A stretch of 64,000 nt of DNA, taken from positions 61,754,617-61,818,616 of the forward strand of contig JARDVH010000084.1 of assembly GCA_030324005.1 (NCBI GenBank), given 5' to 3'. Made by a program: the position numbers and the translations under genes. The notes below the pieces were generated by a model. The model was not told the origin of the DNA, made no database searches, and was given only the letters and a program-made list of their open reading frames with translations. Origin of the DNA: Negaprion brevirostris (lineage: Eukaryota). Shown here one piece after another: positions 37,541-49,826 of this stretch (position 1 is its first letter; each line of letters starts with the position of its first letter).

Positions 37541-38084
37541 CCTTGCATGTATTTAGCAGAGATTGTTCACCTTGGGTATGCATTTAGTGGCTCCACTTTA
37601 ATTTATCTTAAAAACCAGTGCAATGATTCAGTTCCATATACTCAATCTTACTGCAGTGTGGGCAATTGAAGCACATAATTTAATTCATCAATGTAAGAAA
37701 TTGTGGAAATGCTGTGATGAGTGTCATTACATCCTTGTATTTTTCCCCAGTTCTAGAAGTGTACAAATTTAATGAAAATCATACTTGTATCAAGATGCTT
37801 ATAGCAAAAGCTGTTAGTTTATGTTAATCAACTTTCTGGCATCTCAGTAAGTTTAGAGAGATCTGATCAAGTGCCTCTCATGTCAAAATGGTCTGCACTT
37901 GTATCTCAATCCAGAGCTGTTTTGATCTCAATAAAAATGAGTAATGTGTTTCTTTTAAATCTGAAACTGCAGGTATTTACAAAAGGAACATTTCTAATAT
38001 TCTTTTCATCACATGGCTGACCAGGAATCTCTCCTGCTTTGACCTCCTGCCATTGATGTGTGCTGAAAGCATTTGCAAGTTGAT

Positions 38085-38352
38085 AAAGTTTTAAGTTTAT
38101 CAGTGTCACAAGTAGGCTTACATTAACACTGNNNNNNNNNNNNNNNNNNNNNNNNNNNNNNNNNNNNNNNNNNNNNNNNNNNNNNNNNNNNNNNNNNNNN
38201 NNNNNNNNNNNNNNNNNNNNNNNNNNNNNNNAGTGTCACAAGTAGGCTTACATTAACACTGCAATGAAGTTACTTTGAAAATCCCATACTCGCCACACTC
38301 CGGCGCCTGTTCGGCTACTCTGAGGGAGAATTTAGCATGGCCAATGCACCTA
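38085..38352 (-). mobile_element. HE1-related SINE, alternative-tail variant
   Basis: GTCACAAGTAGGCTTACATTAACACTGCAATGAAGTTAC tail; same tail at 54050 and 60880. Confidence 0.8.
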
Positions 38353-40027
38353 GAAGTCCAGCTTGCTGTTCAGAGTCCTTGAGTTAAGAGTTTTAAACCT
38401 TCTTAGTCAACACAGAATTTTCAACTGAATCCTACTTGAAAAAGATGTTTCCTGCAGTAAGCTTATTCTCAGACTAAAAATTAAAACTCTGCTTGAGACC
38501 AGAGCCACATTCACAATATTCTGCTCTCCCTTTCATTCTCTGTCCGAAAGCAGATTTGACTCACAGCACCATGACCTCCACCATAGTTACTGTAAGAAGC
38601 TGGGTCTGGAATCTATCCCAGCTAGATCAGGGAATGGACCCAGTGCTGTTGGAAACAATCCGATAGCCTGGAGCTATAAATAATGAGGCTCCAATTTTCT
38701 TTCCATCACACAGCTGACCAGGAATCTCTCCTGCTCTTACCACCTGCAATTGACATGTGATGAAAGGATTTGCAAGATGTTTGGCTGAGTTATGAGTGCA
38801 GCACCACCACCACCCCGCCCCGATCATTATACTCTGGAACAGAACTTAAATTCGGAGTTTATGGTTCAGAAATAAGGTCACTAACACGGTGTCATGTGAT
38901 TCACAATCTGATCAATCATATAATTAGTGTTGGCCTTTGCTATTCTATTGTTTATCTCCCAGGCAATATGATCACATGATCAGTTACTTGGAAGCCAGAT
39001 GCTTTCCCAGATATCAGATCGATCTTACTGGCTCACCACATCAGTCAATCAACGTTGATGAGCCAATAAGATCACAAGAGAGGTGAAAAACCAGCTTTGT
39101 GCCTGTTTATCACCTCTCGTGATATTGTGAAGCCAGTGGGATGTACATGAGCCTGATTTAAAAATCTAAATTTAATTATTATGAGTGAGGCTGGGATGCA
39201 ATCATTTGGGCTNNNNNNNNNNNNNNNNNNNNNNNNNNNNNNNNNNNNNNNNNNNNNNNNNNNNNNNNNNNNNNNNNNNNNNNNNNNNNNNNNNNNNNNN
39301 NNNNNNNNNNNNNNNNNNNNNNNNNNNNNNNNNNNNNNNNNNNNNNNNNNNNNNNNNNNNNNNNNNNNNNNNNNNNNNNNNNNNNNNNNNNNNNNNNNNN
39401 NNNNNNNNNNNNNNNNNNNNNNNNNNNNNNNNNNNNNNNNNNNNNNNNNNNNNNNNNNNNNNNNNNNNNNNNNNNNNNNNNNNNNNNNNNNNNNNNNNNN
39501 NNNNNNNNNNNNNNNNNNNNNNNNNNNNNNNNNNNNNNNNNNNNNNNNNNNNNNNNNNNNNNNNNNNNNNNNNNNNNNNNNNNNNNNNNNNNNNNNNNNN
39601 NNNNNNNNNNNNNNNNNNNNNNNNNNNGTGTGAGGGAGTTATCTCCCAGTGCATTAACCATGTACTCTTGTAAACTGTTAGTGCACTGGGAGATTAGCAC
39701 ATGTGCAATGGCGCCCTTTAACAACTGGCTTCCTAGTGTGAATGGACTCTGTCCATTCTGCCTACTGATGAGAATCACATTTTGCCTCATTTTCTCTGAG
39801 TGGCATAAGATCATGACTGGGATCTCGACCAAAAATGGACATGATCCTCTCCTGTTTCCATACTGGTTTGGCACTTACAATGTTTTTGGTAAGATCACCC
39901 CCCCTCATCTTCTAGAGAAGCCTTCTTAAAGGGATCATCACCCCAACTTAAAATAAAAGCTTTACCCTAAGAACTCTTTAGCCATCAGAAAACCAACCTA
40001 GTTGACCACCAGTAATCCAACTCACAT

Positions 40028-40364
40028 GGACGGCACAGTGGTTAGCACTGCTGCCTCACATCTCCAGGGACCCGCCTTAGGTAATTGTCTGTGTGGAGCT
40101 TGCACGTTCTCCCCTTATCTGTGTGGGTTTTCTCCGGGTGCTCCTGTTTCTACCACAGTCCAAAAATATGCAGGTTAGATGGGTTAGGGGCCACGGTAAA
40201 TTGCTCCCTAGTGTCCCAAATGCGTAGGTTAGATGGATTAGACTTGGGAAATGTGTGGGATTATGGGGATAGAGTGGGGAAAGAGGGCTTGGGTAAGATA
40301 TTCTGAGAGTCATTGTAAACTCAATGAGCTGAATAGCCTCTTCTGCACTGTAGGGTTCTATGAT
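40028..40364 (+). mobile_element. HE1 V-SINE
   Basis: GGCACAGTGGTTAGCACTGCTGCCTCAC head, V-domain, tail. Confidence 0.9.
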
Positions 40365-41029
40365 TTAGACATTCATAAATTCAAAAATAAACTTATCCCA
40401 GAGTTTATCTTTCCTGCCTGAACTCTCCTCCTGAGTTTATACATTGTGGTATGGAACATCTTTGCTTGTTTTACTTAATCATGTAACAACACATTGGGAG
40501 TCTTGCTGGCTGCCAACCTTGCACCACATGATTTCAGTGCCCTAAAATAACCCGTTTACTTACTTTTCATTTCCATCCCTGCACACCAACAATGTTCCAG
40601 AAACATAAATGATGCAGATATTTTAAGTACCTTGATCCTAATTTAAAATGTGGTAAACAGATAACATTCATTGTCACTCATTACAATATCATTCCAAGCA
40701 AGTTTTACATTTGCAATGAAATTATGACAAGTAAATAAATAAGTGGCTCATTTTTTATTGTCACTCAATTCTGACCAGATAATTATTTTCTAAAATAAAT
40801 AAAAACTTGCATTCATTTAGTATCTTTTTATGATTCTCAGATAGTTGATGATTTGGGTAGTATAATACTTATGAAATGAGTACAGAATATAACAAGACAA
40901 ATCTATCAACCCTGACAGACGTGAATTCCACTCCAGCAATTTACCAAAAAAAAATTGGTTAGTTTGGTCATTGTTTATTTTGGATGGCAACATCCAATGA
41001 TACTACTAATGTATTTTAAATTAGTTTTG

Positions 41030-41575
41030 CAGTTGTGGGCGTTGCACATCCCAAGTTGTCCTTTAAGAGGTGGTGGTGGGCTATCTTCTTCAGTCATACT
41101 GCAATCCATCTTGCGAAAGTATTAACACAGTCTTGTTCATTAGGAAGTTTCAAGATATTGGTCCAGTGATAAAGTAACGACAATGTGTTTGCAAGTCAAG
41201 CTTTTACGTGACTTGGTGGGAGACCTGGATGAGGTGGTATTCAAATACATCTGTTGTCATTGGCCTCCTGGCTGGTGGAGCTCACAAACTTGAAAAATGC
41301 CGACAAGAAGCATGCTTTCATAGCATGCTGGCATGCTATGAAAACTGTTAATAAGTGGTGAAGGAGATGGTTATGTTTTATCATAAAAAAACACAATCAT
41401 TAATGCCCTTCAAGGAACAAAACCTAACAAGAGGCCCAGCCTCAAACTGCATAGTTGACCCCTCTGAAAAGGCTCACAAACCAACGAATCACTACAAAAT
41501 CTACCACCATTTCAGGACAACAATAGCAAAATATATGATCTTGTTAGCATTATCCAAGCCCCAGTGACAAATATA
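41030..41575. mobile_element. Old LINE 3' fragments in opposite orientations
   Basis: 41030-41310 aligns to 260-545; 41400-41575 looks like the 3' end in the other orientation. Confidence 0.5.
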
Positions 41576-41689
41576 ACAAGTTTTCCACATTACAATTAAT
41601 ATTGTAATTAATTATACATACTATAATTAAACATTATAATTAATATTGTAATGTATGATAGTTGTTCTAAAGGAAAAGGCAGAAGGGAT

Positions 41690-41870
41690 TTTGCAAACAT
41701 AAAAATCTCTCAACCAATGAGTTTGATGACCAGTTAATTTGTTTTGATAGATTCGGTTGACCAAAACATTAGGAATCCTGAGAAGTCCTGCACTTCTCCT
41801 AAATAAAATGATAAGATCTTTAACAAACAGCTGAACAGGCAAGATCTTGGATTAATAACTCACCTCATAG
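41690..41870 (-). mobile_element. SacSINE1/DeuSINE-like fragment
   Basis: GATCTTTAAC..CAGCTGAACAGGCA..GATTAATAACTCACC Deu-domain-like. Confidence 0.45.
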
Positions 41871-42241
41871 AGGTAGATGAGATATTCAACCTAATAACAA
41901 AGAACAAAAAAAAATCAGCCTGGGAAACAGGCCCTTTGGCCCAACGAGCCCACGCTGCCATCTCAACACCACCTCTCTACCCATGACNNNNNNNNNNNNN
42001 NNNNNNNNNNNNNNNNNNNNNNNNNNNNNNNNNNNNNNNNNNNNNNNNNNNNNNNNNNNNNNNNNNNNNNNNNNNNNNNNNNNNNNNNNNNNNNNNNNNN
42101 NNNNNNNNNNNNNNNNNNNNNNNNNNNNNNNNNNNNNNNNNNNNNNNNNNNNNNNNNNNNNNNNNNNNNNNNNNNNNNNNNNNNNNNNNNNNNNNNNNNN
42201 NNNNNNNNNNNNNNNNNNNNNNNNNNNNNNNNNNNNNNNNN

Positions 42242-42635
42242 CAAAAGGTTGTGAATGTAGCCCAATCCATCACGCAAACCAGCCTCCCATCCATTGACTC
42301 TGTCTACACTTCCCGCTGTCTCGGCAAAGCAGCCAGCATAATTAAGAACCCCACGCACCCCGGACATTCCATCTCCTTCTGTCAGAAAAAAGATACAAAA
42401 GTCTGGGGTCACATACCAACCGATTCAAGAACAGCTTCTTCCCTGCTGCTGTCAGACTTTAGAATGGACCCACCTCACATTGAGTTGATCTTTCTCTACA
42501 CCCTAGCTACGACTGTAACACTACATTCTGCACTCTCTCGTTTCCTTCTCTATGAACGGTATGCTTTGTCTGTATAGTGCACAAGAAACAATACTTTTAA
42601 TGTATGTTAGTACATGTGACAATAATAAATCAAAA
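42242..42635 (+). mobile_element. Rex1/Babar-type LINE 3' end
   Basis: VAQSITQTSLPSIDSVYTSRCLGKAASIIKNPTHPGH, then KNSFFPAAVRL after a frameshift; AATAATAAATCAAA tail. Confidence 0.85.
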
Positions 42636-42739
42636 ATGTGACTTAGAGGCTTACCCACTGGCTGGACCTTGAACTAGAAAAGATCATAGTAACCTTGAGC
42701 AAGCTATGCATTGTTTGAAAACCTGAGCTTATTTAAAGC

Positions 42740-43538
42740 TTGGCTAAGTCACACCAAGTACCACCCATTATCCCTGTACTCACTGACATATATTGGCAAC
42801 CTGCCTGAAAATTCTGCAATTTTTCAGATCTCATCCTCATTTACCCTTCCTAACTCTGTGATCTCCTCCAGATCTCCAAGTTATCTAGGTCTCTGCATTC
42901 ATCTAATTTTGGCCCCTTGCGCATCCCTAATTGTAATCACTCCATCAATAATCATAGAATCCCTACACTGCAGAAGGAACCCATTTGGCCCATTGAGTCT
43001 GCACTGACCCTCCGACAGAGCATGATATCCAAGCCCATCCCATCTTATTGCTGTAATCCCATATGTTTACCCTACTAACCCCCCAACCTATGCATCTTGC
43101 AGCATTAAGGGGCGATTTAGCATGACTAATCCACCTAACCTGCACATATTTGGACTGTGGGAGAAAACCAGAGCACCCAGAGGAAACCCACACAGTCATG
43201 GGGAGAATGTGCAGACTCCACACTGACAGTCACCCAAGGCTGGAATTGAACTCGGGTCCCTGGAGCTGTGAGACAGTAGTGCTAACCACAATGCCACCGT
43301 ACGCCCATTGACAACCATGCTTTCAACTACCTGGGCCCTAACCTCTGAAATTCCCTCCCTAAGCCTACCTGTCTCTCTATCACTTCTCCTTTAAAATCTA
43401 CGTCTTTCTCTAAGATTTTGATTATCTGTCTTAATATCTTTGTCTACTGTCAAATTTGTTTGGTAAATGTTCCTGTGCAATGTCTTGGAACAGTTCACAA
43501 TGCTAAATGGGCTATATAAATAGAAGTTGTTGTTATTG
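42740..43538 (+). mobile_element. L2 LINE 3' end split by HE1 SINE
   Basis: CTGGGCCCTAACCTCTGAAATTCCCTCCC and terminal GCTATATAAATAGAAGTTGTTGTT. Confidence 0.7.
42951..43305 (-). mobile_element. HE1 V-SINE, full length
   Basis: Complete head, V-domain and tail on the minus strand. Confidence 0.9.
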
Positions 43539-44814
43539 CTGGGATGGGGCAGCAAATACTTACATTCCAACTCTTTTTTCATGAGTAATTCACGGCTGGA
43601 CAGGGGTCTCAATGGCACCCCAATGCTTATCTTCGAGATGATCTGTTAACTGGAGAACAGGAAATCTAGGCTTGGAGATCGTGATATCATCCTGAATCCC
43701 CAGAAACCAATACCCAGCACCCCCGAGGAAGTCCTGAATATCCTCAGACAACATGAATGGATCAGGAAGCAAATTATTTGGTGTCTTTCCTTGGATCAGG
43801 AACATGTGATTTTATTTGATTTACTATTGTCACATGTATTGGTATACAATGAAAAGTATTGTTTCTTGCGCACTATACACACAAATCATATCGTTCATAG
43901 AGGTAAAATGCCATGGAGATAGCAAGTGACCTAAATGGCCACAGTTAAGTCATTTGGCCTCCTGCCTTGTTTCCGAGCCACCAACATTTCCACTGCTGGC
44001 AATACGACATGGCAGCAGAAAGATGTCCCCTTCTGAAGTCTTTTCATGCCATTTAGCCAGCCATTTAACTTCCCAGGTTGTCCCCCAAAGGCCTGGTGAT
44101 TTCACCTCTATAATGCTGACTTCTATGGAGTAGGATTTGAATCAACAATCTGCTGATATGAACCAAGCTGAGTGATTATATTTTCATTTGACTTTTTTGT
44201 ACTCCTTACTGTGTGTTGTGCTTTATTATCAAAATAAACTCCTGAACTATTACCCTTAGTAATATTGGAACCTCACAAAGTTTTACGATAATGCTCTAAA
44301 CTTGCAATCTATCACTGCCCTATTACCAGCTGACTGGGATTTTATTGATAATTGAAATACCAACTAAACTACATTTATACAGATTGAATATTGAGGACAT
44401 GATTAAATGAATTTGGCTAAACATGATTTCTTAAATGCAGCCAAGTGACAAGTCAAAAATAAATGGGAATGAATTCTGGCAGTGTGGCCAACTACCCAAG
44501 TCCATTTCTCTATTCCTGACCCACCAGCTCTGAAGTGCTGTGAGACAATCAAGGTAAATGTGCCAAGTTAATGTTGTCAGTATATATTTTCTGATCTATT
44601 TGGTTTTAGTTCTCAGTTTCAAATGCTAGAAGCAGGGCGATAGAGATTGGCCTGTGTCATCTTTTTGGGCACAGTAGTCATGATTTGTGAGCTACTACCA
44701 CTGGTAGGTAGGCGACACCCAAATTTGATGATCCCTCTTCATTTACCTAATTGATCTGACCAGTTCCTGTGCTGTTGGCTGTCTGAGCACTTGGCAGGGG
44801 AACTGAACATCAAT

Positions 44815-44960
44815 TAGAAAATCATAGTATGATCAGAGAAACTCATTGTTTTACAAAAGAGAAATCATATTTGACAAATTTATTAGAGATTTTAGAGGAT
44901 GTAACTGGTAGGGTGGATAATGGGGAACTGGTAAATGTGATACACCTGGATTTGCACGAG
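44815..44960 (+). mobile_element. CR1 RT fragment
   Basis: HCFTKEKSYLTNLLEILEDVTGRVDNGELVNVIHLD. Confidence 0.8.
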
Positions 44961-45998
44961 ACAAGACTGAGAAAAACCTATTGGCATCTAAAATATAAAT
45001 CTAGAGGAGTAAGCGAGGTAGTGAATTTCAAAAAGTGAGTGAAGAAACGAGGCTGCATACATGTCATTTATTTATGCTACTGCACTTTATCACAAAACCC
45101 AAGGTTCTTGAGATCTTAACTTACATACATCCAAATAAAAATGCTATTAAAACCTTACCCTTCATTTTGCATATTTAACAACAATATTACAATGTTATCA
45201 AATATAATTAAGTAACTGAATAATAGATTTAGATAATGCAATGCAGTTGTGGAATACCTATGTATATTGGCATACTGTTCAGATATATTTTCAGAACATT
45301 TTCTTATCAACCAAAGTCAAAAACAGGAAAAGGAAACAAAGAAACAGGGAGGGTCAGTTTTCTAAGGAAACAAAAATTGAACAAAACTTCTGGGTACACT
45401 GAACCTAGGTGAAAAAAAAAATCAATCCAAGTAGTATTCATAATTTCAGCCTAATGTGGTTGCACCTAAGATATAGCCACAGTAAATTATAGTTAGCTAG
45501 GCCTGTCTATAAGCAGAGCAAGAAACATATTGCATCATTTACCAAGTGAGTAAAACTTAGCCTCAGTTTGAAATTTGAGAGGGCACAGAAGCTAAAGCAT
45601 TAGTTTGAAACTACTGGAAGAATCTACAGTGGTTCCGACAGAGTCTTGTGGAAAAGAAAGCAACCTGCCAGTTAGTTTGGAAGCTTTGGAAAAGCAACCA
45701 AGAGAAGGGACTGAGGCCTCCAATCAAGAGATGTAAATATAAGTTTTACTGCTGGACATAGCTGGAGTTGAGAAGAATTAAGTAAATCTCCAGAGGACTC
45801 TAACAAAATTGTTGGTCCTCACTGAAGTAAATAACTTTATGACTTATATGTTTCTTATAAGAGAATTCTAGGGGGGGTGGGGGAGAAGAAAACTTCAATT
45901 CCTAACATTTATGGTTTAAAAAAAAACATTGTAAAGTTGATAGTGCTTGTTTTATTTAAGTCTGTTTGATAAACTAAAGCTTCTGTTTCAAAAATATC

Positions 45999-46867
45999 AT
46001 GGAGACAATTCTCCCAAAAAAACTAAGTGCCCAATGGGCAGGAGCAATGGAGATTTCCCCACCTGTTTTTTGGGCATACTTAGTTGAACAAATCTATGAC
46101 ACTGCTGAATGGGCCACTGCATTTGCACCGATTTGTCAGTAGGGATATTGGCATGTGCATACTGGCCGCCCCATCACTGGCCTCCTGATTTATTCCCAGG
46201 TTCCTTTTCCCAATTGTTGGCATCACCATAACACCCTCTTCTCCCGGGGGGGGGGGGGGGNNNNNNNNNNNNNNNNNNNNNNNNNNNNNNNNNNNNNNNN
46301 NNNNNNNNNNNNNNNNNNNNNNNNNNNNNNNNNNNNNNNNNNNNNNNNNNNNNNNNNNNNNNNNNNNNNNNNNNNNNNNNNNNNNNNNNNNNNNNNNNNN
46401 NNNNNNNNNNNNNNNNNNNNNNNNNNNNNNNNNNNNNNNNNNNNNNNNNNNNNNNNNNNNNNNNNNNNNNNNNNNNNNNNNNNNNNNNNNNNNNNNNNNN
46501 NNNNNNNNNNNNNNNNNNNNNNNNNNNNNNNGAGCACACCTGACCTACCAGGGGTGGGAGTTGGGCACCTCAATGGTTTTTGGCCCCATCCTTTGATGGA
46601 AGCCAGCTTTAATCCACATTGATGGGAACCACGAGTGCCAGGGAGGGAGACATTAATGAGCCCAAAGAACACCATCCTGGACTCACTAATCATATGGAAA
46701 AGTGAATTTCTGTTGCTGGTGAGAGGCTGATTATCTCAAAATCATGGGCCTGGGAGACTCACGATTGGCTGGATGCTGATCATGAGTCCTGCTACAGGTC
46801 CCCTGCTGACATCTCCTAGCCTGTTGTGCTACTTGAGCAGCGTAGCGAGCTGGGAGAATCATTCCCC
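45999..46867. mobile_element. MITE, family of 5931-6847
   Basis: GACAATTCTCCCA / TGGGAGAATCATTCCCC inverted ends. Confidence 0.7.
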
Positions 46868-47857
46868 AATCTGTTGACATAATTCAGTTGGTCGAAACAA
46901 GGCATTCAGAATTCTCTTTAAATGTTAATGACTCCAAACTGTATCATAACAAATTCTCAAACCATAAGTGATCAATTATTTTCTGGAAGTTTATTTCCAC
47001 TCAAAGTTCAGTCCGTGCAATTGCCGTAATGTAGGTTTAATTTTGATGTTCTTTAATTCCTTTATGGTATTCTTTATTTATGAGAAAGATGCATCAAGAT
47101 TTGATTTTTAATGATAATTGTGTCACATTTCTTACATCCAAAATGGCTCTTTTTGGCAGCAAGTACTTAGATGGTTGCTTGAACTCTGTTCCAGCATCTT
47201 TACTACTCAGTTGCTGTTTCCTCCCTTCTTTGTTGTCAGTGATCTGCCCAAATCAATTTATCAGAGGGTAAGTAGTTTAATTAAATAAATGTGGAATAAT
47301 GGCTACCCCAATCAGATCATTTTGCACGTGAGCATGAATCAGCAAAATTAATTCCCTCATTCAGGACCTCTAGAGTACCCAGTTCACCTTGGATTAACCT
47401 GCAAGTACTCTACTGAAACAACTAGACCTTAAAAAAAAGAAATCTTTCCTGCTTGAACATATCTTAGCTTTCATTTTGACTTTGGTAATCTGGGCAGTAC
47501 TCCTGGCAGCCCAGACTTCGCTTGTGGGCCAAAGGAGGGCAGTCCTGTTTCTAATCAAAACTTTTTTCGGTCCTCCGCTTCATTGCCAGTTTTAATCAAA
47601 TAAAGCTGCAGCAAACCTAATGACAAAATAGGACTCTGATTTGCAGGTATTGATGAAGGTCTCACCTGACTACTGTGGTAGTATGGGTTCTTTAAGGCCA
47701 CGTGATTGGTGTGGACCCTATGGATCATCATGGCTGGAAGCTCAGCCAATTGGCAGAGGGCATATGCCACGGGTCAAAGAGGGATTCTAGGTTGGAGCCG
47801 GGGGTAAAATAATGCAATCACATTGTAATTTAGTCTGACCTTGTTGTATATGTATAT

Positions 47858-48128
47858 TTTTTGTTTTTTTTTAAACTTTATTCCAATCCAGTCAAGTCAA
47901 ATTAAAGCCAATTCAGAGTCCCAACAAGTTGGGACATTCCCGATCCAAGCTNNNNNNNNNNNNNNNNNNNNNNNNNNNNNNNNNNNNNNNNNNNNNNNNN
48001 NNNNNNNNNNNNNNNNNNNNNNNNNNNNNNNNNNNNNNNNNNNNNNNNNNNATGAAGCTGAAATGTAACCTAATGACTTCAACCAAGTGCAGCATGTTGA
48101 CACTACACTTGATCTGAGCCAAAAGGCC
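47858..48128 (-). mobile_element. U2-snRNA-headed non-LTR retro-insertion (Keno/SINEU-like) with poly(A) and TSD
   Basis: U2 nt 11-37 at the 5' end; AATAAA (47877-47882) and A-tail at the 3' end; TTGTTGTATATGTATAT at both 47841-47857 and 48129-48145. Confidence 0.85.
48102..48128 (-). pseudogene. U2 snRNA 5' fragment (nt 11-37)
   Basis: GGCCTTTTGGCTCAGATCAAGTGTAGT vs U2 GGCCTTTTGGCTAAGATCAAGTGTAGT, 26/27. Confidence 0.9.
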
Positions 48129-49344
48129 TTGTTGTATATGTATATATTATTCTTTATTTGGCAATAAAGTCTTTTGTTGATTCAAGTCACATTGATCTAT
48201 CACAACTATCTTAAGGAAGAACCCAGTTACAGTGCAGTTCATGAGGAATGGCGCAGAAAGCTGTTGCTACCTAAGCTAATGCAATTTCCATAATATAACT
48301 TATTACCATTCTGAAATTGAAAAATCAGATTAGAAAATGAGCCCTGCAGCTGAAAATACCTGGACAGCAAAAGCATATATTCTTAACACGAGTTTGAAAT
48401 TTACATTTAAATAATTAGATATGTTTAATTTAAGGAAAAAAATTAAAGTAAGGTTAAATGGGAACTGATATTTTATTGATAAGTTGCTGATAACTAATCC
48501 TGTTCACATGTCAACCACATCATGCAATTGTTCTGTGGAATAGTAGCAAACACTAACATTGTTTACTAACCATACACACTTCAGAAGGCACTTTGTAGAA
48601 TGGAAATTGATCCTTAGTCAGGCATTTAGGAACCAAAGTTCCCAGAGTTTTTTCCACCAACGCACATCATGAAGAAGCTCTAAAAAAAAAAAAAAAATGC
48701 CTTAAATCTGTCAAATTGAAGCTTTTAGCAATCAGGCTGAACTCCAGAGAGCAAGAAAAACTAATTCTAAAAGATCATGCTTACAAAAATGACTCATTAG
48801 AAATTGTAGGTTTAAGTTGTCAGGGTCGCATCTGAGACCCAATATGTCAGGAAGTTAAAAAACATGTTATTTTCCTTTGGAATTGTGCAGACCCCTTCTT
48901 AGAGAAGCCCGAGAAACTGTGGCAGTAACCTCACCATCCCATGTGTTCTGGTGTATTTCATACCCAACCGGAGGTGATTTCAGTTACTTGACAAATCTTT
49001 TAAAGTGGTGAACAGCACAATCATTGCAAATGGTTAATGATAAAATAAGTGGTATTATTTGATAGTCTAAACTATAAACCAGTAACCATGAAACTGGGCT
49101 TGATAATAAAGTCAAGGTCAGGGCTATAAAAGCCTGAAACTGTAAGAATGTTAGCCAGAATATTTCCAACCACTCCTGATGTGGCAACATGTGATTGTGA
49201 GGGCACTGGGTATGGGGAGAGGGTGCCAGGTGAGGAAAAGAGGCTATGCATGTTCCAGAAGCATGCAAGTTGTAAATCTTCAGACATGCTTAAACACTGG
49301 AACCCTTCCCCCGTCCCCGACTACCAGCACTAGTTAATGGAGTA

Positions 49345-49826
49345 CGTGGAATAAGGAAATTCACAAAAATGATTCCATGGAAAAAGAACTGTAGCTATGA
49401 GGATAAACTGGGGAGATTGGGTCTTTTGGGTCTATTTCCCTTGCAGAAAAACCCAAGAGGACACATGATAGAGATATTCAAGATGCTGACATGTATGGAC
49501 AGGAAAAATAGTGAAAAATGTTCCCATTCAAGAGAACATCAAGAACTAGAGATCACAGATTCAAAATAATTGGTAAAAGGAGTAAAAGTGATGTGAAGAA
49601 AATAATTTTCACACAGGGTTGTTGAAGTCTAGAACAAACTCCCTGAGAGGGTGGTAGAAGCAGACTCGAGTGAGATATTGCAAAGGGAATTGGATTGCTA
49701 TCTGAAAAGAGAAATTGTGCAAGATTACAGAGGTAAAGAGGGGAGTGGGATTAAGTAGAATGCTCTGAGAGCCAGTGCAAACTCGATGAGCTGAATGGCT
49801 TCTGCACTATAAAAGTTCTGTGATTC
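49345..49826 (+). mobile_element. CR1 3' end
   Basis: SYEDKLGRLGL..RGHMIEIFKML; tail TTCTGTGATTCT. Confidence 0.85.

Noticed and set aside
39179-39874. Long ORFs in the track (also 7176-7683, 24662-25174, 46155-46693)
   Set aside because: Length comes from translating N gaps
45250-46951. Possible solo LTR split by a MITE, ending CATAACA
   Set aside because: Could not define a 5' end or a matching TSD
48102-48128. Functional U2 snRNA gene
   Set aside because: Only 27 nt of U2 present; no Sm site or 3' stem-loops
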